From contig NC_057711.1 of the NCBI RefSeq assembly GCF_004010195.1, forward strand, positions 72,695,226 through 72,759,225: DNA of 64,000 nucleotides, given 5' to 3'. Numbering within the stretch: the stretch's first letter is position 1; every line of letters starts with the position of its first letter. The notes under the pieces are model-generated. The model made no database searches. It worked only from the letters and a program-made list of their open reading frames with translations, and was not told where the DNA came from. Shown one piece after another: positions 63,795-64,000 of this stretch. This DNA comes from Chiloscyllium plagiosum. Taxonomy: Eukaryota. The translations under genes were made by a program, and so were the position numbers.

Positions 63795-64000
63795 AACAAG
63801 ATGGATATAGTGAACAGCCAAGGTCTTTTCCCAGGTCTTTTCCCCAGGGTAGGGAAGTCCAAACCTAGAGAGCATAGGTTTAAGCTGAGAGGGGAAAGAT
63901 TTAAAAGGGACCTGAGGGACAACATTTTCACGCAGAGGGTGGTGCATGTATGGAATGAGCTGCCACAGGAAGTGGTGGAGGCAGATTCAATTATGGCATT
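63795..64000 (+). mobile_element. CR1 RT C-terminal fragment (runs off the window)
   Basis: ttttccccagggtagggaagtcc...gagaggggaaagatttaaaagggacctgaggg. Confidence 0.88.

Overview
AT-rich vertebrate genomic DNA, very likely a shark or ray. This is inferred from eight copies of an HE1-type tRNA-derived V-SINE and abundant HER1/CR1 LINEs. No intact host protein-coding gene, rRNA, true tRNA or CRISPR array is supported. The window is intergenic or deep-intronic and dominated by transposon debris. This includes two near-full-length CR1 LINEs in inverted orientation (30770-35258 +, 43800-48215 -), a third long CR1 split by a nested antisense CR1 that contains an 887-N assembly gap, many CR1 fragments, RTE and L2 fragments, a complete Tigger/pogo DNA transposon with TIRs and TA TSD, and numerous Penelope-like element (PLE) derivatives. 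The most striking signal is a set of more than ten minimal hammerhead-ribozyme motifs (CUGANGA-N-stem II-GAAA-CG-UH) with co-varying helices. They sit at the ends of PLE copies and of short (about 90-240 bp) non-coding elements with target-site duplications, several built as head-to-head palindromes carrying a hammerhead on each strand. Three CR1 copies share the same inactivating ORF2 stop, suggesting a defective master element. Repeat-poor islands may hold conserved non-coding elements. Coordinates of old repeats are approximate.
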